Origin: Eledone cirrhosa
Taxonomy: Eukaryota
Direction: 5' to 3'
Assembly: GCA_964016885.1 (NCBI GenBank)
Contig: OZ024741.1
Location: forward strand, 383,532,001-383,596,000
DNA length: 64,000 bases
Shown one piece after another: positions 40,810-55,029 of the stretch (position 1 is the first letter of the stretch; each line of letters begins with the position of its first letter). The translations under genes and the position numbers were made by a program. The notes under the pieces are model-generated. The model did not search any database and was not told the DNA's origin. It was given only the letters and a program-made list of their open reading frames with translations.

Positions 40810-42075
40810 ATATTTAACCGCCGCTAATATTGAACAACATAAAAAAGCTTAACGCAAAACGGTTGTATAAACGCCTTCCAACACGTAACAATACACGTAA
40901 AACATCGGCTATAACATCACAAAACAACAAACAACATCCCGTCCTGCCCAAGCAACCTCATCAACCCATCCATGGTAATACAACAACGCATAATTACAAC
41001 TGTAACTGTGTCCAACCAGGAATGTGTCCGTTGAACAATCAGTGTCTTGAACCCAACACCATATACAAATGTACTATTGAATCGGGTAGCCAGAAGTGGT
41101 GCTATGTGGGGTCTACAGCTACCTCCTTCAAATCTCGCCTTTATAGACATTGTTACTCGATAAAACATGAAAACCAGCGTTATGTAACAACACTCGAAGA
41201 CAAGGCTTGGCAGCTGCGCGAAAATAACCAACAATTTAACCTAAAATGGGATATAATAGCAACTGCCACTGCATATTTCCAAAGACAGGAATTTTGTAAA
41301 TTGTGTAATATGGAAATATTTTGTATTATGAAATCCAAAAATATTTTATTATATAACAGAATAGTGCGATCGTTATACTGTAACCATCGCTTCAAATGTA
41401 TATTTTCATATTACAAACACTACAGGATTGAACGCCTGTCTCCATCTCCGTTTGATTGTCAAAATACATATTAACATTCTCTATTAGTCTTAATTCTATC
41501 AACTCTTCTATTCTGTACTATTTAATATAAACTGCTATAGATAAACTGAAATTTCTTAATTCAATTCCCTAATGCATATAGCAGCAGGCTACCAGCATTT
41601 TTGTTATACAGTAGCAGTGAAAATCTCTTTCTTCCTTACTTGACACTTTATATCTCTATTAATACTACTACACCAAACGACAAGTCCTGTCCATTGTTCA
41701 ATTGGTCAAATATAGATTAAAATAGGCACTCCCAAAAATTCTTATTTAGATAGAGTAAGCCATATACTCATTGTATTCTCACTAAAAACCTTCTATATAC
41801 TTGTTTACCAGCAAATTGAATTGCCATCTGTCATATACTATCCCTTCTCTTCTTCCTTCCTTACAACTAATATAAATACTTTGATTTTTCTGATTTTTTT
41901 CCAATTTATCCAATATCTCTGAAGAAGTGACAACTGATTATACATTTGCTATCGAATACTTGCTAACATTATATGATTACGCAAGCAGCGATACATAGGT
42001 ATCCGTCTGTTACAGAAACATATGTCAATACCTAATAAATTCCTTTAAAAAAGCACTTTCATTTTATATTCATTT
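40810..42075 (+). mobile_element. PLE remnant H3 (Hydra-like endonuclease plus 3' UTR)
   Basis: ORF 40830-41474: CNCVQPGMCPLNNQCL..IYKC..YVGST..FKSR..H..WDII..CKLC; (TA)n on both sides. Confidence 0.82.
41912..42032 (+). ncRNA. Hammerhead with long stem II and weak stem I
   Basis: CTGAAGA-(gtgaca/tgttac, cttgc/gcaag)-GAAA-catatg-TC. Confidence 0.5.
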
Positions 42076-42137
<62 letters not shown>

Positions 42138-42139
<2 letters not shown>

Positions 42140-42328
42140 CGAAGGAAAAGTGGTAAGGAACCAGGTGGACCATAACGCACCAAAGTACTCAATACTTGAG
42201 GTAGTAGAGTGGGTAATAGGAACCAGTAAGACCCCGACAGCTGAGCTCAAGCCGTTTCGACGGCTAATTCTGGACTGAATTAGCCGTCGATACGGCTTGA
42301 GCTCAGCTGTCGGGGTCTTACTGGTTCC

Positions 42329-42331
<3 letters not shown>
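42138..42331. mobile_element. Fold-back cassette F4, copy 3
   Basis: Almost identical to 15361-15548 apart from the hairpin centre. Confidence 0.8.
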
Positions 42332-42406
<75 letters not shown>

Positions 42407-42417
42407 TAACAGATTAA

Positions 42418-42468
42418 AGTTTAAGCAAAGAATCGCTGCTTTCACCCTTAACAGGATCTTCCGAAACT
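42418..42468 (-). ncRNA. Hammerhead-like fold with G at position 4 (F6)
   Basis: agttt-CGGAAGA-tcct/gggt-GAAA-gcag/ttgc-TT-aaact. Confidence 0.45.
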
Positions 42469-42951
42469 AAAAAAGATCAATCTGTGAATGCAGAAGTAAA
42501 TATTTCGAAAACGTTGCAACCGAAGGTAAGCAGGAAGACGATACTTTGGTTCGTGAAGACGTTCCCTGGCAATGAACGGAAAATAGCCAAGATAATACGT
42601 CAGCAATGAGAACAATGTTTTCATAATGTCGTAATGCAGACAGCCAGACATACAGACAGATAGTATAAGGAAGGTGTAGCTATCTAAAAAGACAGACTAA
42701 GAAAGAGAGAGAGAGATCGCTAACCGGCGCCTAATATCCTTTTAACAACAGAAAATTGAAAAATAAATGCTGCAGTTAATATCTTTAGACGGCAAGGAAT
42801 ATATAAATGCAAGTTTCAAGTCAATCGGAGTAGAAATGTGTATTTGTATAGACTTTGCAAAAATTAGAGGACACACACACACACACAGATACACACAATT
42901 TCAGTTGTATATGTATGTATAAATATATATATATATATATATATGCATGTG

Positions 42952-43170
<219 letters not shown>

Positions 43171-43544
43171 ATATACAAACAATAATACGTCATCGTTTAC
43201 ATAATGTAATATTTCACTTCGGGATAAAAAAAATAAAACCTTCTCAAACAAATACCAATAGCAATACACTTCTCACTCACCTACACGCATCTATTTACCC
43301 ACGCACGCACAAACATTACAATGGATGTCAAATTATTGCTAAACCAAGGAGGTTCGCCATATCAATTATGATTTACAAGGTGATTAACAAATATGACTGG
43401 CTTGTCAAGCAATTGTTATGTCCGTGTTACAACATATAACACGTTTATAGAAAAAAGAAATTAGTTTATAGAGAAATAAAAACTTCCTTTATGGGCATAA
43501 CATTTCCCAGGTGCTGGTTGTGAATTACCTTGTAAAGCACAACT

Positions 43545-43585
<41 letters not shown>

Positions 43586-43731
43586 GTTATATATAGTAAG
43601 GTGTATTATTGGTTGTGTCAAACGGTCCAATAAATTGTTGTTAGCAATATTAAGTTCTCCACGCTTTTGTATATCTCCAATTCCATTTATGGGAACAGCT
43701 AGATGATGTAAAACGGAGTATTTGTATCAAA

Positions 43732-43881
<150 letters not shown>

Positions 43882-43980
43882 TATTATGATTGGTGCTCTG
43901 AGATAGAGATATATACATGAATGTATATATATATATAGAGAGAGATTAGAATAATCAAAGTTCAGTTTAAGTCATTTATT

Positions 43981-44027
43981 TGCTTACAATTGTTTCCTCC
44001 AAACCGAGGTTTGGATTCTTCGGAGCA
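43981..44027 (-). ncRNA. Hammerhead-like fold, C4 variant
   Basis: tgct-CCGAAGA-a-tccaaacc/ggtttgga-g-GAAA-caattg-TA-agca. Confidence 0.6.
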
Positions 44028-45149
44028 GCTATTTACTGATCTATAACATACTTGACCTCCTTTTCAACCCAAGAGACATATAAGACATATGCGCATATTG
44101 ATCAACAGTGGGGTGACATTCATCAAATGATATAGCATGGCAATTTACATATAAAGGTTACAGGATAAAAATAAAAATAAAAATAAAAACAAAAATGAAA
44201 ATAAAGATAAACATGAAGCGTTGGCAGTCTATGAAGATAAAGCAAGAGGAAAGTTTAGAGTAGTCAGTGTATGAAACAATATCACGTGTAGCATGCACGC
44301 GTGTCTTATTTATACATGATTAGAGTGCGTCAGAATGATATTTGCAGGGTCAGGCAGTTGAAGCAGGCAATCGATCTTATTATGTGGGCTGAATTATTAA
44401 GTCATTTATTCGCATACATCTGTATGATATACAGTCCCGGATGCAGGGAAACACCAAAATATCAGAAACTTTCAACATACTATAAACCTTATTGTATCGT
44501 AGGCAAAGCCGTACCACTGTCTTCGCTCACCACTCACATAATCCATGTGTGTGTGTGTGCGCATGTATGTATGAATATATATATGTACATATGTATGTAT
44601 GTAAAAAGTAAACAGAAATAATAAATGAAACGACACAATATATTGACGAAATATATTAATTTAATGCTTGAAATATCTATGCCGTCCTCTCAATTTTGTC
44701 TAATCATTGTACTCTGGTGATCCAACGCGAAAGACTGTGTGGGATGTTGTGCAGATCTACATTACTAAGCACTATGTCACGCGCATATTATGACTTTGGG
44801 CCCAACTGCCAACTCTGTGGCGATAGGGGAAAACTGAACTTTGGGGATAGGGGAAAGCTGGATACAGGATATTTATTATCTTCTATTAATCAAAGTAGCA
44901 ATGGCTGGATAGCCCTCTGTAGAAATGTACTTTGTACCTCCTCCTAGAAACGGACTTGAAAATATGTCTTAAACAATTCCTGAGTCATCACAATGAGGCC
45001 TGTTAGCTGCAACAGTCAAGGATTTCGCTCAAATCACAAACCTGTGATAGCGTTCTGTATCATTATATGTTCACATTATCATGGACAACGCCAAATACAA
45101 CTGACGAATAATTGTACGGCAGTAATTGTCAGAAAATCAACTCACTGCA

Positions 45150-45560
45150 ATTTGGATATTGTCGCACTCTTAAACATGTTTCAACAAAGTTCACTTTCTA
45201 TATTCGCGTGGGTGCAGCATCGCAGGTATCAATGACAGGCTTATGTACTTGCACTACCCCAACCCCCGACAACAAAAATAAACATCTCACATTACCCATT
45301 GCATATGCACCAACTATGACCAACATTGAAAAGAAAAACAAATTCTACAAAGAATTGTCTCGCTTGTCAAAACGCTCCTCAAATCTAGGACGCTGAGCGT
45401 CGTATGCGTTTTCAATGCAAGAATGAGAATATCTTATCTTAGCCTTGAAACGTGTACAAATTAGGAGTGGTACGGACAAAGGCAATAGCAGTTACCAGCC
45501 TCATCCTCTTCCTCAAAGCCTGTGGTGCACCCGATATAATGGTCAGGAAAACTATATTCC
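45150..45560 (+). mobile_element. RTE LINE apurinic endonuclease fragment
   Basis: KHLTLPIAYAPTMTNIEKKNKFYKEL. Confidence 0.55.
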
Positions 45561-46349
45561 GCTTTCCAGTTCACAGTAATACATATAACAGTTCAACGTC
45601 ATTACTAAACTTTGATGATGTAGCATTTATGGTGTCAGGGGAGCGGTAACTTCATCAAAATTTGCCATATTGCTTCTGCTCCGGAATAATACTGTTCGAT
45701 ATTAGATGACGTGGGACCATTCTGTTATAGCAATACTAATTAATTTGAATAAAACTAGGAGCTTCAATATGGACGATCGACCTGTTAGAAATAACTGGCA
45801 AATTTTATAAAATCCCACCCAACTGCCACAAAAATAGATGTTGCAATTCTAGAAATATAAAAGCGTGGAATAGTTACGACTGGCTGGAATGCCTTTGATC
45901 ATGCTCAATCATGATTGAATGAGGTCTAAATAAGAATAAGAACAAGAACTACTATTAATTTAATAGTTCCTTTCCTAATTGTCTTGCAAATAAATCCAAT
46001 CAACGTGTGTGATAAAGTATTCTATATATTCGTCCATGACTTACAAAGATCAAAGTAATATTCCATATCCTGCTGTCTCAGGGGAGAATGTAGAAAATTT
46101 GGTGTGTGAGATGTGTGTAAGAGAGAGCAGATAGTGATCTGCCGTATGTATTTTACACATCCACACAATCTTAATGCAAAACACACTCGCAATAACAAGT
46201 AGACATTCCAACACACACACTCACATATAGATATACATACATAGATATAGCTGTATATACATATAAATATATATAAATATATATACACATACATACATAT
46301 ATACATAGGTATATATGTAAGTATATAAATATATATATATGTATGTACG

Positions 46350-46420
<71 letters not shown>

Positions 46421-46638
46421 AGGGGGTGTAACTAGGAGTTACTGCAGGTTCACCCGGGAGAGCACTCAATGTTTAGGTTCACTTCTGTGATGAGGTGTAG
46501 AGCTATACAGAGTGTAATATATTGAAAGGATAACAAGGACGATTGGTTACTCCTTCATTACATTTATTGGTAGGTGACGCGCGTTTCACCACTGATCAGC
46601 TCAACGTTTGATCTGTATCGATCCTACCCGACTCAATG

Positions 46639-46727
<89 letters not shown>

Positions 46728-46822
46728 CGTATGTATATATATATACACACCCACACACATATATATATATATATATAACAACTAACAAATAGTTTATCGC
46801 TCTACATGAATGAATACAATAA

Positions 46823-47042
46823 TTGTAATTTGAGGTTTTCGAATATTAATGATAATATTCGATTAATTCGCAATTACACAAACAACCTCTTTAAAGTCAT
46901 GTCAGTAGAATGACCTCATCATTCTTGCTCTTGTGGAGGTATGTAAACGGGGGTTATTCTACTGTCATAGCTTTAAAGAGGCTGTTTGCATAATTGCAAA
47001 CGAATCGAATATTATTATCAATATTAAAAAAACTCAGATTAT
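46823..47042. repeat. Old, diverged fold-back
   Basis: Imperfect arms ~46823-46915 and ~46950-47042. Confidence 0.7.
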
Positions 47043-47054
47043 ATTTATATTTAA

Positions 47055-47700
47055 GCGCGGGGACATAGAATTAACCGGGCTGGATACCCAATCGCGCGGT
47101 TAAACGACTGGGAGTGAAGGACCTCTAGCCTTATCAGGGCATTCTTCTAGGAGAAGGCAACTCAGGAAGCTGGGATAACTCCGACATAAAATCTGCGGCT
47201 CAGTAGTTACCGATGATGTTGATCTTTTCTTCTTTTCGAGTTATAGCTACTGTCACTGAGAGAGTGGGATTGGCTCAGTGCACAGTTTTACCTCACTTTA
47301 AAAAAAATCTTGTCAGATTCACATGTGTGACGCTCGAATATGCCTTTTCAAGCCTGCTAAAGCCTTGCATACCTTCGCATATTCACGACAACTATGGATC
47401 TCCCTGGCCTCAGGTCTTGCATCATATTTTTCTGAACCTTTACAATACCGTGGATATCATAGTTCATTGGTTCTCTTTGAACATGGCTGCGACTGAGGCT
47501 CCAGATTTGCTCAAGCAAATTTTTCCACAATCAGGGCACTTCAATTCAATAAAGATACCGATCGTTTCGAGCGAGACCCCAGGGCATTGCTTACGCACAC
47601 CCCGTTTGATCTTCTCGCGTCTGTCATCAAAATTGTGGTACCCATCATTCACCATTCCACGCTAAGTTTCTCTTTCAAGAGATTCTATCTCCAAGCCACC
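47055..47700. mobile_element. RTE fragments: 5' UTR (+) and 3' zinc finger (-)
   Basis: GAGAGTGGGATTGGC segment shared with the bipartite RTE element; CPDCGKICLSKSG on the minus strand. Confidence 0.5.
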
Positions 47701-47758
47701 ATCAAACCAGTTTTTTTTTCAATGAGTCCTCTACTCAATCCTTGAATCGGAGCCTTGG

Positions 47759-47818
<60 letters not shown>

Positions 47819-47819
47819 T

Positions 47820-48172
47820 ACATTTTGAGTATATGCTGGTTGTTTACCGACACCTCAGTATGCAGATTGGAGCACGCACTCGACGAAGTACGCAGGCTGG
47901 TTTGTTTACTCCGGAGTAATGTAAAATAATTAATTCAAATATGTAAAATAAGGCTTCGTTTATTATAAATTATAGATATACTGCTATATATATTTCGGTA
48001 TTGACGGAGTAAAACACACTTCAACAACATGTGTACCTGTCTTTCCCACACTATTTCGGACTGCCTGAAGAGGTAACAGCCAATGATGGCTGTCACCGAA
48101 ATATATATACCAGTATATCTATAATTTATAATAAACGAAGCCAAATTTTACTTATTTGACTTAATTATTTTA
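47820..48172. mobile_element. (TA)n-embedded fold-back cassette (family F8)
   Basis: Arms ~47922-47999 and ~48095-48172; tail 47820-47921. Confidence 0.75.
48060..48114 (+). ncRNA. Type I hammerhead ribozyme (F8)
   Basis: actgc-CTGAAGA-ggtaacagcca/tggctgtcacc-GAAA-tatata-TA-ccagt (gcagt in the other arm). Confidence 0.75.
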
Positions 48173-48183
48173 TATATATATAT

Positions 48184-49587
48184 TAGTTAATTATGCTAAT
48201 TGGGAGAGGAAATAGTATATATTTTTTCTTGTGATTCTATAGACATGTTTTATGATATATAGCTCTGATTGTTTAATTTATTAATTTTTCATTGAGCCAA
48301 GAAATGATCAGTTGCAAAACACGTATATGTATGTGTATGTATGTGTATGTATATATTATATATGTAAACTTTTATATGTAATAATCTCCCACTACGTTGA
48401 GATACAAATTTGGCTGTATTGTGCTGTGCTTTCTAGCAAAAATGCCACCAGTCGTAAGCAACTACCACACCCCTTCCAACGTGACCGCGACTACGTCACA
48501 ATTTTTAGCCATTTTGAAATGAATTCTTGGCGCTATCGTTTTGGAAAATTTAATGTCTAGATATGAGCGAGCTTCCTGAAGAATCCGGCGCTCGAGTTTA
48601 TATAATTATTACATAATTATTGGAAAACTCAAAACACGGACAAAACCATGGTAGAGGTATTTAAATGTATTCTATTTTCTCATAGTTTATTTTAAACCTA
48701 ATTCTGCTTAGTTGACTGTATCTAGGCGATTACGCTGTCGAAATATTCGATAAATATTCCACTACGGCCGACGCGAAGCGCTACATTTGGTTATTTGTTG
48801 GAGATTCCTTCATAGAAGCCTCATTTGTATAGCCTGGTCTATTCCATTTTTTATATAGTTAATTATGCTAATTGGGAGAGGAAATAGTATATATTTTATC
48901 TTGTGATTCTATAGACATGTTTTATGATATATAGCTCTGATTGTTTAATTTATTAATTTTCATTGAGCCAAAAAGTGACCAGTTGCAAAACACGTATATG
49001 TATGTGTATGTATATATATATGTAAACTTTTATATGTAATAATCTCCCACTAGGTTGAGATACAAATTTGGCTGTATTGTGCTGTGCTTTCTAGCAAAAA
49101 TGCCACCAGTCGTAAGCAACTACCACACCCCTTCCAACGTGACAGCGACTACGTCACAATTTTTAGCCATTTTGAAATGAATTCTTGGCGCTATCGTTTT
49201 GGAAAATTTAATGTCTAGATATGAGCGAGCTTCCTGAAGAATCCGGCGCTCGAGTTTATATAATTATTACATAATTATTGGAAAACTCAAAACACGGACA
49301 AAACCATGGTAGAGGTAGTTAAATGTATTCTATTTTCTCATAGTTTATTTTAAACCTAATTCCGCTTAGTTGACTGTATCTAGGCGATTACGCTGTCGAA
49401 ATATTCGATAAATATTCCACTACGGCCGACGCGAAGCGCTAGTTTTGGTTAGTTGTTGGAGATTCCTTCATAGAAGCCTCATTCGTATAGCCTGGTCTAT
49501 TCGATTTTTTATATAGTTAATTATGCTAATTGGGAGAGGAAATAGTATATATTTTATCTTGTGATTCTATAGACATGTTTTATGATG
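48184..49587. repeat. Tandem repeat, ~660-670-bp unit, about 2.1 copies
   Basis: Units start at 48184, 48856 and 49514; (TA)n at both ends. Confidence 0.9.
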
Positions 49588-49621
49588 TATATATATATAT
49601 ATGATCAAATATATATGTATA

Positions 49622-50069
<448 letters not shown>

Positions 50070-50737
50070 CAATATGGCGATTCCAAACTGCCGCTAGAAA
50101 TAGCAGTCAATATAGACCGTTAATCATCTCATCATATATGTAGCAGTAAATTATACATAATTAAATTTGTCACAAATACACATAACAGAGAAGCAAATAC
50201 ATATAGAATCCCTAATGCAACATCACTTATGAGTAGATTACAATCGAAGCATATTTCCCTAGAGGAAAACAATTATCCTTACTGCAGTTTCAAAATCCAA
50301 AGAATATATCATATCTCTTCAGTAGATTGGCCATCGTTAACAGAATGGATTTCTCTTCAGGGTATTTTTCTGAATGTTATAAGAAGATAAAACATATACA
50401 CCTACTAACAGAAATGAGTTCATTGAACCCGCATGATGTACGAAACAGATCCTTACACATGCTTAGATGTATCAACAAGACAAAGTGTGTCCAAACAGAC
50501 CCTAGAAATAGCTGTCAATGTTGACCGTCACCATATCGGAAGCAGTAAATACTTCGAAATCATCTCCCAGTTACAATATGCTAACTGGTCGTCTACCTGC
50601 AGCTAATAAAGTATATATATATATATATATATATATAATTATACATACATATATATATATATATACATTATGAAGAGAGAAGAAACATTTAGATATAATT
50701 AGTAATAAAATGTATCATACCTAAACTGTTCCTAAAT

Positions 50738-50825
50738 TCCTCGACTACGTAGTTTCGTGGCATAAACAAAAACAATATATCAAAGACATAGAGTCCTTGC
50801 GAGGTCTGCCGACTTATCAAGAGGA
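50738..50825 (-). ncRNA. Hammerhead ribozyme, U3-A8 core variant (F9)
   Basis: Inverted copy of 51086-51173. Confidence 0.7.
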
Positions 50826-51085
50826 TAACTCATTTTACTAGTCTCAAGACCGCGTCTACACGACGTGAGAAAGAATCCCAAAAGGCGGAGGGGGAGATAG
50901 TCACGCGATATAACGGTCGAGAAACAGAGCTAAGCCTCCTCCGCCTCCGTGGTATTTTCTTCGTGGTTATAGGAGGCTTAGCTCTGTTTCTCGACCGTTA
51001 TATCGCGTGACTATCTCCCCCTCCGCCTTTTGGGATTCTTTCTCACGTCGTGTAGACGCGTTCTTGAGACTAGTAAAATGAGGTA

Positions 51086-51173
51086 TCCTCTTGATAAGTC
51101 GGCAGACCTCGCAAGGACTCTATGTCTTTGATATATTGTTTTTGTTTATGCCACGAAACTACGTAGTCGAGGA
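51086..51173 (+). ncRNA. Hammerhead ribozyme, U3-A8 core variant (F9)
   Basis: tcctc-TTGATAA-gtcggca/tgccac-GAAA-ctacgtag-TC-gagga; GUC triplet, palindromic stem III. Confidence 0.7.
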
Positions 51174-51407
51174 ATTTAGGAACAGTTTAGGTATGATACA
51201 TTTTATTACTAATTATATCTAAATGTTTCTTCTCTCTTCATAATGTATTTTTAACTCTGATGCTGGTTCAGTCTGGTTCAAACTGAATTGGTCTGTCCCG
51301 GTCATTCATTGAGCAACATCGGTGAAGTTGGCACCCTTAACTCACAGTTGGGTGCGGATGCATTCATGTATATATGTGTGTGTCCGCATGTATCTGTGTG
51401 TTTCTAA

Positions 51408-51489
<82 letters not shown>

Positions 51490-51538
51490 ATAAGGAAAAG
51501 CGAAGTAGTTTCACATGTTAAAGTCCTTTAATAATAAC

Positions 51539-51612
51539 GCTGTGATACACATTTCAATGGCGTCAGTGGCCACACTGTTCCGCGCGCCTGTGCCGCGACA
51601 TCGTCAGATAGC
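51539..51612 (-). ncRNA. Degenerate type I hammerhead
   Basis: gctat-CTGACGA-imperfect stem II-GAAA-tgtgta-TC-acagc. Confidence 0.45.
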
Positions 51613-52100
51613 TTGTTACATAATAAGGTTATGTTTCCAAAGTAAACCAAATTGAATCGATATGGGAACGGACGAAGTGTGTGCTCTTGGGTTCTTCGTA
51701 CATTCCCTTGTGAGTACCAATTCACCCCCCACGGTCTGCGGAGGCACAGGTCCGAAGGAAGTTGACCATCAGCTACCACAGAGTTCAACGAAATTCAGCT
51801 AGGCAGTTCCCCCTCTCAAACAAACAATGACCTATTCAAGCCTGTAATATATAGCTTACTTCTAGCCACCCCGTCAGTGGCGGTCAGCCGATAGCTAGTG
51901 GGGTTGGGAGAGTATGATTATCAATAGGTCTCAATACTACCCTACATTAAGCATGGACAGTAGAATTAACCATCAACCTCTAAGAGAAAATATACTTAAT
52001 TCTAGGTATTATGGTTTCACAGTGGAAATTATGAATGAGAGTTGGAAATTAAAGCTAAAAATTAAAAATCAAAATTCAGAAATAAAAAATTAAGTATATA

Positions 52101-52141
<41 letters not shown>

Positions 52142-52643
52142 TAATTTAGCGAGAATCGCATTTCGGCGGGTAGAAATTAGCGAAACGCAACTTCCATATT
52201 GTGCTGACAAGCGCTCCATGGATATGAAGAAGATACCAGAGCTATAAACATAAGATAAAATGGTCATACACGCTGAGACGATGGTTAAGAAGTCATTAAC
52301 CACCATAGCCAAACAAGCGAACAAGCTAAACGGATCAAACAAAATGAGATATGATTATATATATATATATATATATATATATAGCGGCGATGAATAAGTT
52401 TTGCGAAGTTTTTTATATGAAATCGTGTGTCGAAACAAATATTGTTATACTTGGGGAGGGTCATATTTGTGTAATATTGCCAGAATTAATAACAGAACAC
52501 ACTCACTGTTTGGTTGGTTTTCGCTTCTCGCTTCTGTGTCTTTTATATCGGTAATCTAACTTACTCGGTCCTCAATGTTACCATTGACTGACCGACGGTC
52601 AAAAATAATACAGATACAATATAGACACAAACACATATATATA

Positions 52644-52696
52644 TAGTTTATCATAAATCTTTCGTTGCACGTCTGCAACATCGTCAGTGGTGCTAT
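52644..52696 (-). ncRNA. pLTR hammerhead (cassette C)
   Basis: cca-CTGACGA-t-gttgca/tgcaac-GAAA-gatt-TA-tga. Confidence 0.65.
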
Positions 52697-52798
52697 CTTT
52701 TCCTCCTGTTGTATTGTATGTCTACGCCATTTTTTACGCCATTTTTATTCAGTCTGAATAAAAATGGCGTAGACATACAATACGACAGGAGGAAAAGA

Positions 52799-52850
52799 TA
52801 GCACCACTGACGATGTTGCAGATGTGCAATGAAAGATTTATGATAAACTA
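52799..52850 (+). ncRNA. pLTR hammerhead (cassette C)
   Basis: CTGACGA-t-gttgca/tgcaat-GAAA-gatt-TA. Confidence 0.6.
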
Positions 52851-53110
52851 TATATATGTGTTTGTGTCTATATTGTATCTGTATTATATTTTACCGTCGG
52901 TCAGTCAATGGCAACATTGAGGACCGAGTAAGTTAGATTACCGATATAAAAGACACAGAAGCGAGAAGCGAAAACCAACCAAACAGTGAGTGTGTTCTGT
53001 TATTAATTCTGGCAATATTACACAAATATGACCCTCCCCAAGTATAACTATATATATATATATATATATATATACAATATTAATAAATGGAAACTATATT
53101 TATAAAACCA

Positions 53111-53180
53111 TATTTATTTCATTATATATATTTCAAGGATACCAAGTTAAATCATGGTATGCCTTCATCAGACAAAATAC
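53111..53180 (-). ncRNA. Type I hammerhead ribozyme (F1)
   Basis: CTGATGA-aggcatacca/tggtatcctt-GAAA-tatata-TA-atgaaata. Confidence 0.75.
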
Positions 53181-54533
53181 AATATATAACAGTTTTACAA
53201 ATAGATATTGACGTACCCTTTCAAAAAGGTGACCGTTGCTTTTGGATGCCATCCGGATAGTGGTTTGTTTACTTTAGTAAGTCATAGTGTTAAGAGTAAG
53301 TAAAAAGATGGAGAGAGAGAGAGAGAAACGTGGAGAAAAGAAAGGGAAAGATAGATAAAGAAAAAGAAAAGAGAACAGAGAAAAAATAACGGGGAGATAT
53401 CAAAACATCAGACAGAGAAAGAACTCAAGAGAGAGATATGTAGAGATAGAGAGAGGGGGGAGAGAACGAAAACCTTAAGTTATGTCATATTAAGTTGAGT
53501 TAACAATTGAGATGAAATGAATAAATAAAATTAGAAATATTAATATTCGTGAATGGAATATAGATATATAATATGAGAAATTACACATTGTTTAATTATG
53601 ATTACATATTTAGTTTAAAAATTGAGATCAATATATTAAAAATTGGAATTTAAACATTATAAAATATATATATTGTTAGAGAGATTATCTATCGTATATC
53701 ACATATACATAGGCAAAGGTACATAAATATATATATATACTCACTCACTCAGAAAATACACATTATATCTACTCCCGCATATAATGTATACATACAAAGC
53801 ATAAGTGATTTTTTTATCTATTGCTATACACTCCTTGTGTTATTAATTAAAAAATGTTAGTATATATATATAAATATATAGGATTAACTTTTCTGCATTT
53901 ATGGCTGTTAAATTATGCATATCTGCAATCAAAAGCTGCATGTGTAAGCCTGTACATTCACACCCATAATTCTTAGCTATACATGAATAGATATGTGTGT
54001 GCATCTTCAATTGGTATACACGCGTCACTCATGCATATATACAGACAGACATATAATCACAAAAAAAACATATAACACATGTATATGTATGTCAACACAC
54101 ACATATAGATACATAAGCCGTACATTGACATAAGTATACATCAATATATAACATAGTACAATTGAGTATATAAAATACAAAAGGATTATATTTTGGAAAT
54201 ATAATTATATCAATATAACTTAAAAGGCAAACGAATTCTACAAACATCAAAATACTAAAATATCCAAAAATATTATAGAATATTTCAAGTTAAAATAATA
54301 TGTTTAATACATTTAGCATAGAAATTTATCTTACGTATATTTTAATCAAGACATTGAAAGGACAAACTTTTGAAAATTATGAGAAGCTATCAGAATAAAA
54401 AAAATAAATCTAATAAAAATTATGAGAAGCTATCAGAATAAAAACAAATCTAATAAAAAATAAAAAATAAAATGAATCTAATAAAAAAATAAATACATTA
54501 AATAAAATGAATATACATATATATATATATATT

Positions 54534-54977
54534 ATGTCAGGTCACCAGTTGGTGCTACTGGTAACATGTATCCCAGTACAACCTGTTTCATGATCGGGTC
54601 GTTGGCGACTAAACTGGCAACCCCACCAAGTTTTCTTGGTGAGGAGGGTGACTTTGGACATCCTGCAGGACTAAAAACAAAACCCGTCAAAGGGCAAAGG
54701 AGCTCTTAAGAGTCAATGGCCATCCAAAATCACCGGGAGAGATGACCCCTTAGCCTTTGTCAAGGCAGAATTCTAGGAGAAGGAAAACTCTGATATGACA
54801 CCTGCAACCCTGATGGTATCCAATGATGTTGACTTGTTCTTCTTTTTGGTAAATATCATCTTGGTTAAGAGAGTGGGACTGGCTTTGTGCAGTGCCTTTG
54901 CTCACTATAAAAGCTTCACGGCACAGGCATTGCTTTATATCTGGAGATCTCTCTGCACTTGTCGTCACATGGTACCA
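54534..54977 (+). mobile_element. Bipartite RTE-derived element, copy 3 (3' part missing)
   Basis: Reverse complement of ~818-1260. Confidence 0.7.
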
Positions 54978-55029
54978 TAAGGATAAATATATATATCAAA
55001 TATATTAGAACCCATAGAGCAAATATTTA

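Larger units (their letters stand above)
50664..51360. mobile_element. Fold-back cassette (family F9)
   Basis: Near-perfect ~277-bp arms 50664-50940 and 50971-51247, tail to ~51360. Confidence 0.85.
52384..53048. mobile_element. Fold-back pLTR cassette C, related to PLE A/B
   Basis: Arms ~52443-52750 and ~52757-53048; shares ATGACCCTCCC..AAGTATAAC, the tail and AAAATGGCGTAG with A/B. Confidence 0.85.

Noticed and set aside
46570-46630. Minus-strand GAAA-cgcgcg-TC with ggtagg/cctacc pairing
   Set aside because: 5' core not recognisable
48184-49587. CRISPR-like array
   Set aside because: Eukaryotic context, long units, no spacers or cas genes
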